Shown piece by piece: positions 44,932 to 54,889 of a stretch of DNA of 64,000 nucleotides. Positions within the stretch are counted from its first letter, which is position 1, and each line of letters starts with the position of its first letter. Below the pieces are notes generated by a model that worked only from the letters and a program-made list of their open reading frames with translations, had not been told where the DNA came from and did not search any database. A program made the position numbers and the translations under genes. Source of the stretch: an uncultured Candidatus Saccharibacteria bacterium (GTDB taxonomy: Bacteria > Patescibacteriota > Minisyncoccia > Phycocordibacterales > Phycocordibacteraceae); assembly GCA_964507275.1 (NCBI GenBank), contig CAZDPG010000001.1, forward strand, positions 188,061 through 252,060, in the 5' to 3' direction.

Positions 44932-45657
44932 ATGAGCACTCCAAACGAGTCAACAACCGCGCGTCTCGCACAAGCAGTTCACGAAGGGCAGCGCACGATG
45001 CCCGAAGATCGTCCGCCTCTTGTCTGCAAACCGAGCAAGATAGAGTCATGGCGCATTTTCAAGATCATGCTGGAGTTCGTCGAAGGATTCGACGTCATCC
45101 GTCGCTACGATCTTGCCGTGACTTTTTTCGGTAGCTCTCGCACGTCGCCGGACGATGAGATTTTCAATCAAGCAACCGAGCTCGCCGGCCGATTGGCGAA
45201 GAAAGGCTTCGCGGTTATCACCGGGGGTAGCTCCGGCATCATGCAAGCGGCAAACAAGGGCGCCTTTGATGCAGGTGGTGCATCGGTCGGGCTCAATATC
45301 AACCTCTCGGAGGCACAGGGATACAATCAGTATCTTACCGATCGATTCGTCTTCGACCATTTCTTCGTGCGGAAGGTGATGCTCACGTATGCTTCTGAGG
45401 TCTACGTCTATTTCCCAGGCGGTTTCGGCACGCTCGATGAGTTCTTCGAAATCGTCACGCTCGTGCAGACGAAAAAAATCCGCAAGGTTCCGATAATCCT
45501 TTTCGGGAAGAAGTACTGGGAGCCACTCCTAGGCGTCATTAGCACGACATTGTGTCAGGAATTCTCTTACATCGATAAAGAAGATATGGATCTCTTCACG
45601 CTGGTAGATTCGGTCGACGAGGCGTACGACCATATCTGCGCAAACGTCACCTGCTAA
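44932..45657 (+). CDS. LOG-family protein (TIGR00730 Rossmann-fold nucleotide-binding; cytokinin riboside 5'-monophosphate phosphoribohydrolase-like)
   Basis: ...VTFFGSSR...ITGGSSGIMQAANKGA... and PGGFGTLDEFFE motifs of the LOG family. The track ORF begins 90 nt earlier, overlapping the upstream gene. Confidence 0.75.
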   Translation: MSTPNESTTARLAQAVHEGQRTMPEDRPPLVCKPSKIESWRIFKIMLEFVEGFDVIRRYDLAVTFFGSSRTSPDDEIFNQATELAGRLAKKGFAVITGGSSGIMQAANKGAFDAGGASVGLNINLSEAQGYNQYLTDRFVFDHFFVRKVMLTYASEVYVYFPGGFGTLDEFFEIVTLVQTKKIRKVPIILFGKKYWEPLLGVISTTLCQEFSYIDKEDMDLFTLVDSVDEAYDHICANVTC

Positions 45658-45744
45658 GGGTTTCTTCAGGGAGGGGAAGAGACCCTCTTGGTTATTTACT
45701 TGATGTGCGCACAATATATCTTTTGCGTAAATACGTAGTATCTC

Positions 45745-46020
45745 CTATACCCCCACAGTAAGACTCAGGACGAAACTAGTGAGCCACTGCCAGAAAGAAG
45801 TGGCGACGGTGAGGAGATACTGGATATTCGCTTGCCCCGCAGGAGACTCAATAATCGCTTGTATAGAAATACCGAAAAAGGATAGTGCCAATATGAAGAC
45901 GAATGTCCAGAAGGCGGTTCTGATCATGATAGACACATTATACAATAAGAATCCTGATGATATTATCTCGGCATGACGAGAAAGGTTGCGTTGGAGCATT
46001 TTAAGCAGATTGACCCTCAC
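45745..46020 (-). CDS. Possible small membrane protein (low confidence)
   Basis: 91-aa ORF with two hydrophobic segments in a lower-GC intergenic stretch. Overlaps the alkA-like start by ~48 nt. Confidence 0.2.
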   Translation of the reverse strand: MRVNLLKMLQRNLSRHAEIISSGFLLYNVSIMIRTAFWTFVFILALSFFGISIQAIIESPAGQANIQYLLTVATSFWQWLTSFVLSLTVGV

Positions 46021-46596
46021 TTCTACAAAGCTACCCTATCACTTCATGCAGCGCTGCCCGATCTGCTCGTGGCGAAGCGTACGAGAGCACAACTATTTGA
46101 ATCGCTCGTATCCATCGTCGTATCACAGCAACTCGGAACAGCGGCTGCTAATACTATCTTCGCTCGGGTGAAAAAGGCTTGTGATGGACGCCTCACTTCC
46201 CTATCCGTACGTAAAGTAAAATCAGAGAGGCTTCGTACAGCTGGCCTCTCTGATGCGAAAACGAAAACATTGAAAGCGATAGCGACGTCGATTGAGGGTG
46301 GTTCACTTGATTTGCTCGCATTAAAGAAAGTATCTGAAGCAGAAGCCGCAAAGATTCTTATGGGCATATGGGGGCTCGGTCCATGGTCGGTCGAGATGTT
46401 CATGATGTTCGCGCTCGGACGTGCTGACGTCTTTTCGACTGGCGACCTTGGTATCATCCGCGCGATGGAGACTCTGTACAATCTGCCCAAAGGGACATCG
46501 CGAGAGACTCTCAATGCCATTGCAGAGAAATGGTCGCCACATCGCACCTACGCATGCTTACTTCTCTGGCGCACTAGAGATACGAAAGCGGATTGA
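45973..46596 (+). CDS. HhH-GPD superfamily DNA glycosylase (AlkA-like 3-methyladenine DNA glycosylase II)
   Basis: ...LVSIVVSQQLGTAAANTIFARV... HhH-GPD core. GIWGLGPWSVEMFMMFALGRADVFSTGDLGI with the catalytic Asp. Confidence 0.7.
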   Translation: MTRKVALEHFKQIDPHFYKATLSLHAALPDLLVAKRTRAQLFESLVSIVVSQQLGTAAANTIFARVKKACDGRLTSLSVRKVKSERLRTAGLSDAKTKTLKAIATSIEGGSLDLLALKKVSEAEAAKILMGIWGLGPWSVEMFMMFALGRADVFSTGDLGIIRAMETLYNLPKGTSRETLNAIAEKWSPHRTYACLLLWRTRDTKAD

Positions 46597-47914
46597 GATA
46601 TGCCGTGAGAGTTGCCACCGGCATCGTGGCATCAGCGCAACCGATCTTCGCGCCGCGGAATTGGCGGAGCGTCATGATCTGTGTACCTTCGGTCGCATAA
46701 ACACCGAAATGCAGGTGCGGTCCAGTCGCGTATCCGGTCATACCGGATAACCCGATTGTCTGCCCAGTTTCCACGGTTTGTCCTTTTGAGACGTCAATGG
46801 TTGAAAGATGCGCATACAATGTGTTGATGCCATTGCTGTGCAGGAGCATCACCCATTTCCCATAGGAGTAGCATCCTCGCACGAGATCGGTGTTGCCGGT
46901 AGCGAGCACAACGCCCGAGAGGGCTGCTTTGATTGGCGTGCCGATAGGTGCAGCGATGTCGACGCCTGGGTGGCCACCGTTGTTGTATACCTGCGGATTC
47001 TTCGTTGAGAACGGCGTGTTGCCGAAATATTGCGAGATACAGAAGAGGTTGCCATTCAATTTCTTGCGCTGTGAACAATTGAACATGAAAGCAGTGCTGA
47101 AAGGCCACGAAAGGACGCCCGAGCCGACTTTCGGGAGAAGGTTTGAGTGCACGACGAGATTCAATTGCCCCTGGAGGTCGACAAGTTCCTGCTCGAACTC
47201 TTTTTCAGCCGCTCGTTTCTGCGCTATGAGTTTCTGGTAACTCGTCTCCTGATTCTTTGTTTGTGCCAAGAGCTGCTGCTGCGCGGTTTTGCTTGCATCG
47301 ACGGAACGTTTCTGGAGCGTGAGTTCTTTTTGCAGCGAGACGAGACTCTCTTTCGTTTTCGTCACTTCGTCGCGATCAGCACCGAGTGCTTCACGTACGG
47401 TGCGCAGCTCTTCAATCTCATCATTGAGAGCTTTATTGAACTGTATCGCCTGATCGGTCTCCCGCCACGCATCGCCGAGAGAGTCAGTAGAGATTATTTT
47501 TGTGACGAGCGATGCCTGTTCGCTCTCGGCAATACGACGCAGTTCTTTTCCGATGACTCTTTGGTTCGCTGCGATAGAAGCCTCTTTATCAGTGATGGAT
47601 GAAGAGAGTTGGCGTATGCGAAGATTCGCGGATGCAATCTTGTTCTGTGTCACTTTGATCTGCGCCGCAAGCTGTTTCTGCGAGAGCGTGAGCGAACTGA
47701 TCGTGGACTGCAGCGTATTCTTCTTCGCGCCGAGCACGTCGAGTTCTTTCTGGAACGCCGCAATTTCCGCTTCGAGCGCGTCAATCTGCTGCTTATTCGC
47801 GTCAATCTTCGACTGTATGTCAGACGTAGAATCGGCAAACGCGTAACTTGGATTGCCGAGAACGCATCCTACAAAAAAAAGAATGAAAAGAACGAACGAC
47901 CCGAAATGCTTCAT
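46574..47914 (-). CDS. M23 peptidoglycan DD-metalloendopeptidase with a long N-terminal coiled-coil (EnvC-like)
   Basis: Signal peptide. About 230 aa of coiled-coil. C-terminal M23 motifs HPGVDIAAPIGTPI and GPHLHFGVY. Confidence 0.75.
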   Translation of the reverse strand: MKHFGSFVLFILFFVGCVLGNPSYAFADSTSDIQSKIDANKQQIDALEAEIAAFQKELDVLGAKKNTLQSTISSLTLSQKQLAAQIKVTQNKIASANLRIRQLSSSITDKEASIAANQRVIGKELRRIAESEQASLVTKIISTDSLGDAWRETDQAIQFNKALNDEIEELRTVREALGADRDEVTKTKESLVSLQKELTLQKRSVDASKTAQQQLLAQTKNQETSYQKLIAQKRAAEKEFEQELVDLQGQLNLVVHSNLLPKVGSGVLSWPFSTAFMFNCSQRKKLNGNLFCISQYFGNTPFSTKNPQVYNNGGHPGVDIAAPIGTPIKAALSGVVLATGNTDLVRGCYSYGKWVMLLHSNGINTLYAHLSTIDVSKGQTVETGQTIGLSGMTGYATGPHLHFGVYATEGTQIMTLRQFRGAKIGCADATMPVATLTAYLNPLSYL

Positions 47915-49245
47915 CCCTCCAGTATAGCAATAGCTTTTTGTACACGCGAAATGGAAGTCTCCTTCCCAAGGATGCTGATGAGCGTAAAAGGGTCTGGTGA
48001 GCGTTCCTGTCCGGAAAGTGCGTAGCGGAGCGGCCAGAGGATGGCTCCTCGGCCCCCCTTCCCTTTCGTTTCCTCAGCATCGGCAAGCGGCATAATGGTC
48101 TCTTTTACCGCCTCAGCAGAGACGCCTTCTGGGAGGCTTTTTAGGGGCTCCAGGAGGCTTTCTAGGGCCGATTTGGTCATTCCCGGGCGGTCTACAGGCT
48201 CTTTTAGGACGAGTCTTGTTCTATCAAGGGCAGGCTCCTCAAAGAGACAGGAAAGCTCGCCGGAGAGCATATCGGTGGCCTCTTTGAACGTTCGGGAGCG
48301 TTCCTTAAGAAGCGATGCCGTCTTTTGAAGTTTTTCGCCGTCCATAGACTCCCCTTTCATGTGCGCAAGAAAGTCCTCGTCAGAAAGTTTGCGCATCCAA
48401 CGCTGGTTCACTGACAAAAGCTTCTCACGGTCCCATGCGGCGCTGCTCTTGTGCACACCCTCGAGTGTGAAGGCGTCAACGAGTTCTGGAAGAGAAAAAT
48501 CTTCACGATTATCTCCTGAGCTCCAGCCGAGGAGTGCGAGATAGTTCACGAGTGCTTCCGGCAAGAAGCCCTCATCCCGATAATCCATGACGCTCGTCGC
48601 ACCGCTCCGCTTCGAGAGTTTCGCACGCTTCTCGTCGACGATGAGCGGCAAGTGCGCATACGCTGGTCGTACGATGCCGAGCGCTTCCTGAATCAGAATC
48701 TGCCGCGGAGTATTCGAAATATGATCTTCGCCGCGTATGACATGCGTAACGCCGGCGTCGCCGTCATCCACTACGACAGCGAAGTGATAAAGAGCATCAT
48801 TCATCGATCGGGCAATCACGAAATCACCGAGTTCGGTCGTATCAAATGTAATGTCGCCGCGTATGAGATCAGTAAAGGTGACGCTCGTGCCCGGGTTCTT
48901 CAGGCGAATGACTTCAATGATCTTGTTAGGGTCATCACGACTTGGTTCTGGGGAGACATAGGCCTTCCCTTCCCCGACGACTTTCTCAAGTAGTTCTCGA
49001 TATCGGTCAGCACGCTCGCTCTGACGCGTGAAAGAGTCCCACGAGATACCGAGCCAAGTGAGCCCTTCGATGATTTCTTCCTCGTATTCCGGCTTACTAC
49101 GTGCACGGTCGGTATCTTCACTGCGGAATGCAATCGATCCTCCATTGTGTCGTGCGAATAGATAATTGAAGAGTGCGGTCCGTGCCGTACCGATGTGGAA
49201 TCGGCCAGTCGGGGAGGGTGGGATGCGGGTGATGACCGTACTCAT
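47911..49245 (-). CDS. gltX: Glutamyl-tRNA synthetase
   Basis: RIPPSPTGRFHIGTARTALFNYL (HIGH) and KLSKRSG (KMSKS). Confidence 0.9.
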   Translation of the reverse strand: MSTVITRIPPSPTGRFHIGTARTALFNYLFARHNGGSIAFRSEDTDRARSKPEYEEEIIEGLTWLGISWDSFTRQSERADRYRELLEKVVGEGKAYVSPEPSRDDPNKIIEVIRLKNPGTSVTFTDLIRGDITFDTTELGDFVIARSMNDALYHFAVVVDDGDAGVTHVIRGEDHISNTPRQILIQEALGIVRPAYAHLPLIVDEKRAKLSKRSGATSVMDYRDEGFLPEALVNYLALLGWSSGDNREDFSLPELVDAFTLEGVHKSSAAWDREKLLSVNQRWMRKLSDEDFLAHMKGESMDGEKLQKTASLLKERSRTFKEATDMLSGELSCLFEEPALDRTRLVLKEPVDRPGMTKSALESLLEPLKSLPEGVSAEAVKETIMPLADAEETKGKGGRGAILWPLRYALSGQERSPDPFTLISILGKETSISRVQKAIAILEG

Positions 49246-50381
49246 GCTTCGTGCGGGAGAGCCAAAGCGAGAACCTCACGAGCGAGGATGCGCGCTGCAT
49301 CCGGGTCAGTGAATCCTTTCGCTGAATTCCCCATGCGTTCGGCGAGTGCAGGGTCTTGGGTAATACGCTGTATCTCAGCGACGAAGAGGTGGGGCGTGAG
49401 ATTGTTTTCCTCAAGCACAATTGCTGCACCGGTCTTCGCGTAAGCATAGGCGTTCATACGCTGATCATGGCTGATTGACTCTGGAATTGGAATGAGTATC
49501 GCTGGCTTCTTCCAGAGTCCGATCTCAGCGATGGAGTTAGCGCCAGCGCGCGAGACGACAATGCTCGCCACGCTCGCAACGCGCTGCATCGACACCTGAT
49601 CGAGATAGTTCACCGGATGGTAGCGAGCCTTCTGCGGATTGTCTTTGAGTACGACCTGGCCAACTGCTGCGACGTTCTTGAAGTTCGCAGGACCGGTTTG
49701 ATGGATGACGTTCGCAAAGGCGATGAGTTCGGAGAGTGATGAGAGTACTGTCTCATTTATCTTCACGGCACCCTGTGAGCCGCCGAGGATGAGGATGGTC
49801 GGTATGCCTCGCTCGAGCTCGAGATATTGCTGGGCGCCCTCTGCTTCGACACGCATGAGCGCCTTCCGAATAGGAATGCCGGTGCGCGCAATCTTATCCT
49901 GTACATTTTCTGGGAAATACTTTGCAGCACTATCGAACGAGATGGCAATCTTGGTAGCGAATCGTGCAGCAAGCAAGTTCGCTCGACCGGGCTTAGCATC
50001 CGACTCATGGATGATGACAGGGATACGCAAGAACGCGGCAGCTAGGACGGTCGGAACACTAGCATAACCGCCCTTGCTCACAACGATGTCCGGATAGATT
50101 CTGAAGAGCACGACGAGTGCCGAGAACACTCCTCGGATCGTGACGAATAGGTCGGTAATATTCTGGAAGGCGGCATAGCGACGCACCTTCCCTGCTGGTA
50201 TATGTATGAAGGCGATATTGTTCTCGAAAAGCGCTTTCTCATCGAAAGGCGCGGGAGCGAGATAATAAAGTTCAGGTTCAATGAGGTGCTCCTCTCGGAT
50301 GAGGTCTTTGAGGGCCTCAGCTATAGCGATGATGGGATAGAAATGTCCTCCTGAGCCGCCTCCAGTGAACGCAATCGTCAT
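49242..50381 (-). CDS. murG: UDP-GlcNAc--undecaprenyl-PP-MurNAc-pentapeptide GlcNAc transferase
   Basis: MTIAFTGGGSGGHFYPIIAIAEAL N-terminal G-loop. C-terminal ...GGSQGA... donor-binding region. Confidence 0.9.
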   Translation of the reverse strand: MTIAFTGGGSGGHFYPIIAIAEALKDLIREEHLIEPELYYLAPAPFDEKALFENNIAFIHIPAGKVRRYAAFQNITDLFVTIRGVFSALVVLFRIYPDIVVSKGGYASVPTVLAAAFLRIPVIIHESDAKPGRANLLAARFATKIAISFDSAAKYFPENVQDKIARTGIPIRKALMRVEAEGAQQYLELERGIPTILILGGSQGAVKINETVLSSLSELIAFANVIHQTGPANFKNVAAVGQVVLKDNPQKARYHPVNYLDQVSMQRVASVASIVVSRAGANSIAEIGLWKKPAILIPIPESISHDQRMNAYAYAKTGAAIVLEENNLTPHLFVAEIQRITQDPALAERMGNSAKGFTDPDAARILAREVLALALPHEA

Positions 50382-50411
50382 ACAGAGCAGTATACAATAA
50401 AATCCATTTCC

Positions 50412-51509
50412 TTATGCCTTCCGGTGGGCGGCGACGTTCAGGATGAATCCGCACATGAGGAGCGTCGCGGCCAAGGCCGTTCCTCCATGGGAGATGAAGG
50501 GTAATGGAAGTCCGGTGAGCGGGATGATACTGAGCATGGCGCCAATGTTGATGAATGCCTGGAAAATGATAAGGAACGAGAACCCAATCGCGATGAGACC
50601 GCCGAAAAGTTCAGCCGAGGTGCCTGCTATCACGATGCCACGCGCCGCGAGGGCGACGAAGAGCCCTAGAAGTATGAGCGCGCCGATGAATCCGGTTTCT
50701 TCGGCGAAGACCGCAAACACGGAGTCTCCATCAGGTTCAGGCAGGTAGTTGAACTTCTCGACGCTCTGCCCGAATCCCCGCCCAAGTACGCCGCCCGACC
50801 CGATTGCGATGAGCGCCTGCTGTATCTGGTAACCGCTTCCGAGTGAGTTCGCGGAAGGGTCCATGAATGTCTTCACCCGCTCGAGAACGTAGGGGCGCAG
50901 AGAGACGATGACGACGAGCGCTATCACGACACCGATTGCGAGGATGCCGAAGTCGCGCCAGGGTGCTCCGGCGACAAAGTACATGACGGCACCCGTCGCG
51001 AGTATGAGCAGTGTTGTGGATGTGTTTGGTTGGGCGAGCAAAATAGCACTCGGGACGGAGAGCAGGGCGATGAACGGGAGAAGTCCTTTCTTCGCGTTTG
51101 CGAGCTGACGGGCACGTGGTGCGAGCCACCACGCGAGCATAAGCACGAATCCTATCTTCAGGAATTCTGCGGGCTGGACGGTCGTGAAGCCGAGGTTAAT
51201 CCATCGTGTTGCGCCGCCAGCATGGAATCCAACACCCGGTATGAACACCATCAAAGTGAAGATGAGCGAAGCGACATATAGATAGGGCGCGAAGAGCTTC
51301 ACGCGCGAGAGCGGAATGATACGTGCGATAAAGAAGGCGAAGAACCCAAACCCGAATCCGAGTCCGGTCTGGAGCAGGATGTCTTGGGATACGGAGCTAC
51401 TTTCGCGCGCCAGTAGACCGAGTGTCGCCGAAGAAAAGATGGCAAGACCCGCAAGCGCCAGCGTAATGACGAGCATGAGGAACACGCGATCGCCGCGGAC
51501 GGATTTCAT
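50412..51509 (-). CDS. ftsW: SEDS-family peptidoglycan glycosyltransferase FtsW/RodA
   Basis: 10-TM SEDS pattern (...GGATRWINLGFTTVQPAEFLKIGFVLMLAWW...). Position between murG and mraY. Confidence 0.8.
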   Translation of the reverse strand: MKSVRGDRVFLMLVITLALAGLAIFSSATLGLLARESSSVSQDILLQTGLGFGFGFFAFFIARIIPLSRVKLFAPYLYVASLIFTLMVFIPGVGFHAGGATRWINLGFTTVQPAEFLKIGFVLMLAWWLAPRARQLANAKKGLLPFIALLSVPSAILLAQPNTSTTLLILATGAVMYFVAGAPWRDFGILAIGVVIALVVIVSLRPYVLERVKTFMDPSANSLGSGYQIQQALIAIGSGGVLGRGFGQSVEKFNYLPEPDGDSVFAVFAEETGFIGALILLGLFVALAARGIVIAGTSAELFGGLIAIGFSFLIIFQAFINIGAMLSIIPLTGLPLPFISHGGTALAATLLMCGFILNVAAHRKA

Positions 51510-51510
51510 G

Positions 51511-52587
51511 TTACTTCAAGAGCGCTATCGTCATCCCCATGATTGCGCAGATTATGGAGATAATCCAATAGCGCATCGTAACTTTGTATGACGGCCAGCC
51601 GATGGCTTCGAAATGATGATGGAGCGGCGCTATGCGGAATACCTTCTTGCCGAACATTTTTTTCGAGGCGACCTGGATGACGTTTGATAGTACGGTGACG
51701 ACGAGAGGAAAGGCAATAATCGGGAGCGCGGCGATACCGTAGCCATTCCCCGGCGTATCGGTCATAAAGGCAATGACGGCGAGCGTCATGGTGAGACCCA
51801 TCGTTCCGGTCTCGGTCATCCAGAAGCGTGCTGGCGGGATGTTGAACCAGAGGAATGCGAGTATTGCACCGGTGAGTGTCGCGGAGAAAGCCGCGAGGTT
51901 GATCTGGTTTTGGAAATACGCGATGCCAGCATACGCCATGAACGCCGTGCTGAATACGCCGCCGGCGAGTCCATCGATACCGTCGATGACGCCGCCGGCA
52001 TAGATACCGAGGGTTATGAGTATGAAAAGAGGAATGATGAGCGCGCCTATGGTAAGCGTACCATCTCCGGGTATGCCGACAGCATCGACGCCAAGCTTCA
52101 CATAGAACCACCAGCCGATGAAAGCCGATACGATCGTGACGAAGATGAGTCGCGTACGGATTCCTACGCCTCGTTCTCCATCTGGCTGGATATCCAGAAG
52201 ATCATTGATGAATCCCATGAGCGCCCCTGCAAGGAGTGCGAAGAATGGTATCCACGTTTGACTGCGGCTGAGGAAGTCGAGCTTTTCGAAAAGAGGTATC
52301 GGTGCGAGGCGCGCCAAGAGCCAGATACCAGCCGTGACTATCGTGACGCTCACCCATATGAGGATGCCACCCATGCGTGGCGTCTTCGTCTCGGTCCCGG
52401 CATGGACGGTTGTGCGGAGTTTTTCAAACTCAACGGCGGGTGAGCCATCGAGCGCCACCTTCCCGGTTACCTTCTTCCATACACGATACTTGTACAAGTA
52501 ATGTGTGAGGAGTGGTGCAAACAGAATACCGACGGCAAACGACGCTGTCGCAGGAATGAACACTTTGATGATGTCTGAAACGATCAT
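51511..52587 (-). CDS. mraY: Phospho-N-acetylmuramoyl-pentapeptide transferase
   Basis: Polytopic. ...DDLLDI...GIDGLAGG... and ...PARFWMTETGTMGLTMTLAV... MraY motifs. Confidence 0.9.
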   Translation of the reverse strand: MIVSDIIKVFIPATASFAVGILFAPLLTHYLYKYRVWKKVTGKVALDGSPAVEFEKLRTTVHAGTETKTPRMGGILIWVSVTIVTAGIWLLARLAPIPLFEKLDFLSRSQTWIPFFALLAGALMGFINDLLDIQPDGERGVGIRTRLIFVTIVSAFIGWWFYVKLGVDAVGIPGDGTLTIGALIIPLFILITLGIYAGGVIDGIDGLAGGVFSTAFMAYAGIAYFQNQINLAAFSATLTGAILAFLWFNIPPARFWMTETGTMGLTMTLAVIAFMTDTPGNGYGIAALPIIAFPLVVTVLSNVIQVASKKMFGKKVFRIAPLHHHFEAIGWPSYKVTMRYWIISIICAIMGMTIALLK

Positions 52588-53531
52588 AGCGAAGAGACGC
52601 CCGCAAAGTGCGCGAGCGTCGCAGCGACGAGCGCGGTCCCATCAGTGAATCGAGCTTGCTTCGAGCTTCCAAGCACGACCACGGCAATTGGATGTCCGAT
52701 GCCGGCATCGAACACAAGAGCGAGATTGCCGCCGGCGAGATCGGTATAGCCAGTCTTTGAGAGAAGAAGGCGCGGGATAACTCCGACCATCGGATCGGTA
52801 TTTTTCACCGAGAAGTGCGTGCCACCAGCCGAAGTAGCTTGGGCAGAGCTTTCCGTCGTCGCACGAGCGATAGCAGGCGCTTGCTTCACGAGCGCTCCTG
52901 CCAGGCGCGCGAGGTCGTACGCCGAGCCGTAGCCGCCTGAGACTGCGGTACTCATATCAAGACCGCTCCCGTTTACGGCATAGGTCTGCGATAGATCGAG
53001 CGCAGCTGCGGCGGAAGCGAGCATGACGCTCTCGGTTTCGCCTCTGTGTTCAGCGATTGCGTGCGCGATTGCGACCGCACCGTCGTTCAGTGAGGCAGTG
53101 AGCGTCAGACGAGCGAGATCTGAAAGCGAGAAGGTCTGCCCTACCGAGAAGACTCGTGGCGCCTCAACACGCCTCACGCTGTCCGGAATGAGTATCGGCG
53201 TCTCTGGCGGAAGTTCTGCGAGCGCCGCATAGACCGTGAGAAGCTTCGTGAGAGAAGCGAGTGGAAGCTGTGCATCGGCATTCTTCGCGTAGAGCGTCTC
53301 TCCGGTCGCAAGATCAAACACGATGGCGGCCTTCGCTTCGGGCGAGACCTGAGCGAAGGCGCTCGGGACGGTCGATGTCGCTATGGTTATAGCCGAAGGT
53401 ACTTGATTACCGGACGCCGGAGACAAGAAGAGGAAGAGGGCGAGAATACCCGAGGCGAACAGAAGCGTGATTCCGGCTTCCCGTGTCGAGCGGCTTGTCA
53501 TAGCAAGTTTCTGAAGTTCAGCGGAATCCAT
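52584..53531 (-). CDS. Serine-type D-Ala-D-Ala carboxypeptidase (S11, PBP5/DacA-like)
   Basis: SxxK (ASLTKLLT), SxN (SLNDG) and KTG (SKTGYT). N-terminal TM/signal. Confidence 0.7.
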   Translation of the reverse strand: MDSAELQKLAMTSRSTREAGITLLFASGILALFLFLSPASGNQVPSAITIATSTVPSAFAQVSPEAKAAIVFDLATGETLYAKNADAQLPLASLTKLLTVYAALAELPPETPILIPDSVRRVEAPRVFSVGQTFSLSDLARLTLTASLNDGAVAIAHAIAEHRGETESVMLASAAAALDLSQTYAVNGSGLDMSTAVSGGYGSAYDLARLAGALVKQAPAIARATTESSAQATSAGGTHFSVKNTDPMVGVIPRLLLSKTGYTDLAGGNLALVFDAGIGHPIAVVVLGSSKQARFTDGTALVAATLAHFAGVSSL

Positions 53532-53539
53532 GACGACAG

Positions 53540-54124
53540 TTATACGACGGGTTCAATCTCGCGTTCTTCAAGGGCCTCGCGCGTGGCAATCTGCAGTTCA
53601 CCGGCACGTGGAAGATCTTCAGCATGCGAGAGTCCGAGATGTGCGAGCGCTTCGGTCGTGAGGCTATAGCGAATGCGGCGCTTGTCGGTCTCGTCTTCCT
53701 TCCCTTCGATGAGGCCGCGCATGAGTAGCGTCCGCAGCGATGCCGAAGAGTTCACACCACGCACCCAGTCAATCTCGCTTCGCGTCGCACCGGTCTGGTA
53801 CGCGATGACCGCGAGCGTCTCAAGACTTCCCTTCCCCAGATCGCGTGCGAGCTCGTTCTCGCGAAGACTCTTCACGATATCGGCTGCTTCTGGTGCTGTG
53901 CGAAGTTCGAGCTCATCAGGCGTCTCTATAAGCGCGAGACCGCGCCCGGCAAGCGAACGATCCAGAACCTCGGTCACCACCGCGAGCTGATCCAGAGAGA
54001 TGCTGAGGAGCTTCGCGAGCTGTTTTTTTTCAAGCGGTTCGCCAGATGCGAACAGGAGGGCTTCAAGGGCGGCGGGAGGGGTGAGCATTCCTCTCAGTAT
54101 AATGGTGTGCCCCCTTGAGGGCAA
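53540..54124 (-). CDS. scpB: Segregation and condensation protein B
   Basis: Two winged-helix repeats (...LEALLFASGEPL..., ...LAVIAYQTGATRSEIDWVRGVNS...). Follows scpA. Confidence 0.8.
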   Translation of the reverse strand: MPSRGHTIILRGMLTPPAALEALLFASGEPLEKKQLAKLLSISLDQLAVVTEVLDRSLAGRGLALIETPDELELRTAPEAADIVKSLRENELARDLGKGSLETLAVIAYQTGATRSEIDWVRGVNSSASLRTLLMRGLIEGKEDETDKRRIRYSLTTEALAHLGLSHAEDLPRAGELQIATREALEEREIEPVV

Positions 54125-54145
54125 CGCGTCATTTTGGGTATAAAT

Positions 54146-54889
54146 CTAGCCGTAATGAGGGACGGACGAGGAGGCGGTATGACTAATGCGAATATCGCCG
54201 TGTTGCTCATACTGCTCTGCGGCAACCGCGCCCTGCTTCACGAGCTCGAGGAGAGCAAGGAAAGAGACAATAACCTCTACCTTCTCTTTCGCACCGCCAG
54301 CGAATTCTTTGAAAGAAAGCGAAAGCGCACTCTGGACGCGTTTTGCCAACTGATCCATGACTTCTTCTATCGAAACGAGCGGCTTCACCCGAGCCTCCGG
54401 CAGCTCCTCGACAGCTTCGCGCGCTGCGAGTACTCGTGCAAGCGCTTCGGCGAGCGCGTCTTGCGAGAGGTCTCTCGCCGGAGCGAAGAACGGTTCGGGA
54501 GCGCGTATTCCTGCCGGGAGCATCATGGACTTGCCGAATATCCGCGAGAGTTCGCGAGCGGCTTCGCGCACCTTCTCGTACGCCTCGAGGCGGCGTTTCA
54601 AATCATCGATGTCGGCGTTCTCTTCTTCGGTGAGCGTGAGGTCGGGGATGAGCGACTTCGACTTTATGAGAAGCAGGGTCGCCGCAAGCTGGATGAAGTT
54701 CGCGGTCTCTTCAACGGGAAATGCGGTTTGCGTACGGATATGCGCTATGAAATCTTCGGTGATGCTCGCAAGCGCGAGATCGTTCACCAGCAACTTCCTC
54801 GCTTCAATCAAATCAAGCACGAGCTCAAACGGCCCCTGGTATGCTTCGGTCTCTATATTGAAGTTAATCTTCGGAAGTGTTGGATTCAT
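54146..54889 (-). CDS. scpA: Segregation and condensation protein A
   Basis: ...YQGPFELVLDLIEARKLLVNDLALASIT... kleisin N-terminus and a C-terminal winged helix. Confidence 0.8.
   Translation of the reverse strand: MNPTLPKINFNIETEAYQGPFELVLDLIEARKLLVNDLALASITEDFIAHIRTQTAFPVEETANFIQLAATLLLIKSKSLIPDLTLTEEENADIDDLKRRLEAYEKVREAARELSRIFGKSMMLPAGIRAPEPFFAPARDLSQDALAEALARVLAAREAVEELPEARVKPLVSIEEVMDQLAKRVQSALSLSFKEFAGGAKEKVEVIVSFLALLELVKQGAVAAEQYEQHGDIRISHTASSSVPHYG

Noticed and set aside
45745-46020. 91-aa minus-strand membrane-protein ORF
   Set aside because: It overlaps the start of the alkA-like gene and has no RBS or conservation evidence. It is listed only at very low confidence.
47871-47880. 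A8/T8 homopolymer in the signal-peptide region of the M23 peptidase (and A8 in scpB at ~54030) as phase-variation switches
   Set aside because: They are short and common by chance, and in scpB they encode an ordinary EKKQ. There is no evidence of variability from a single sequence.
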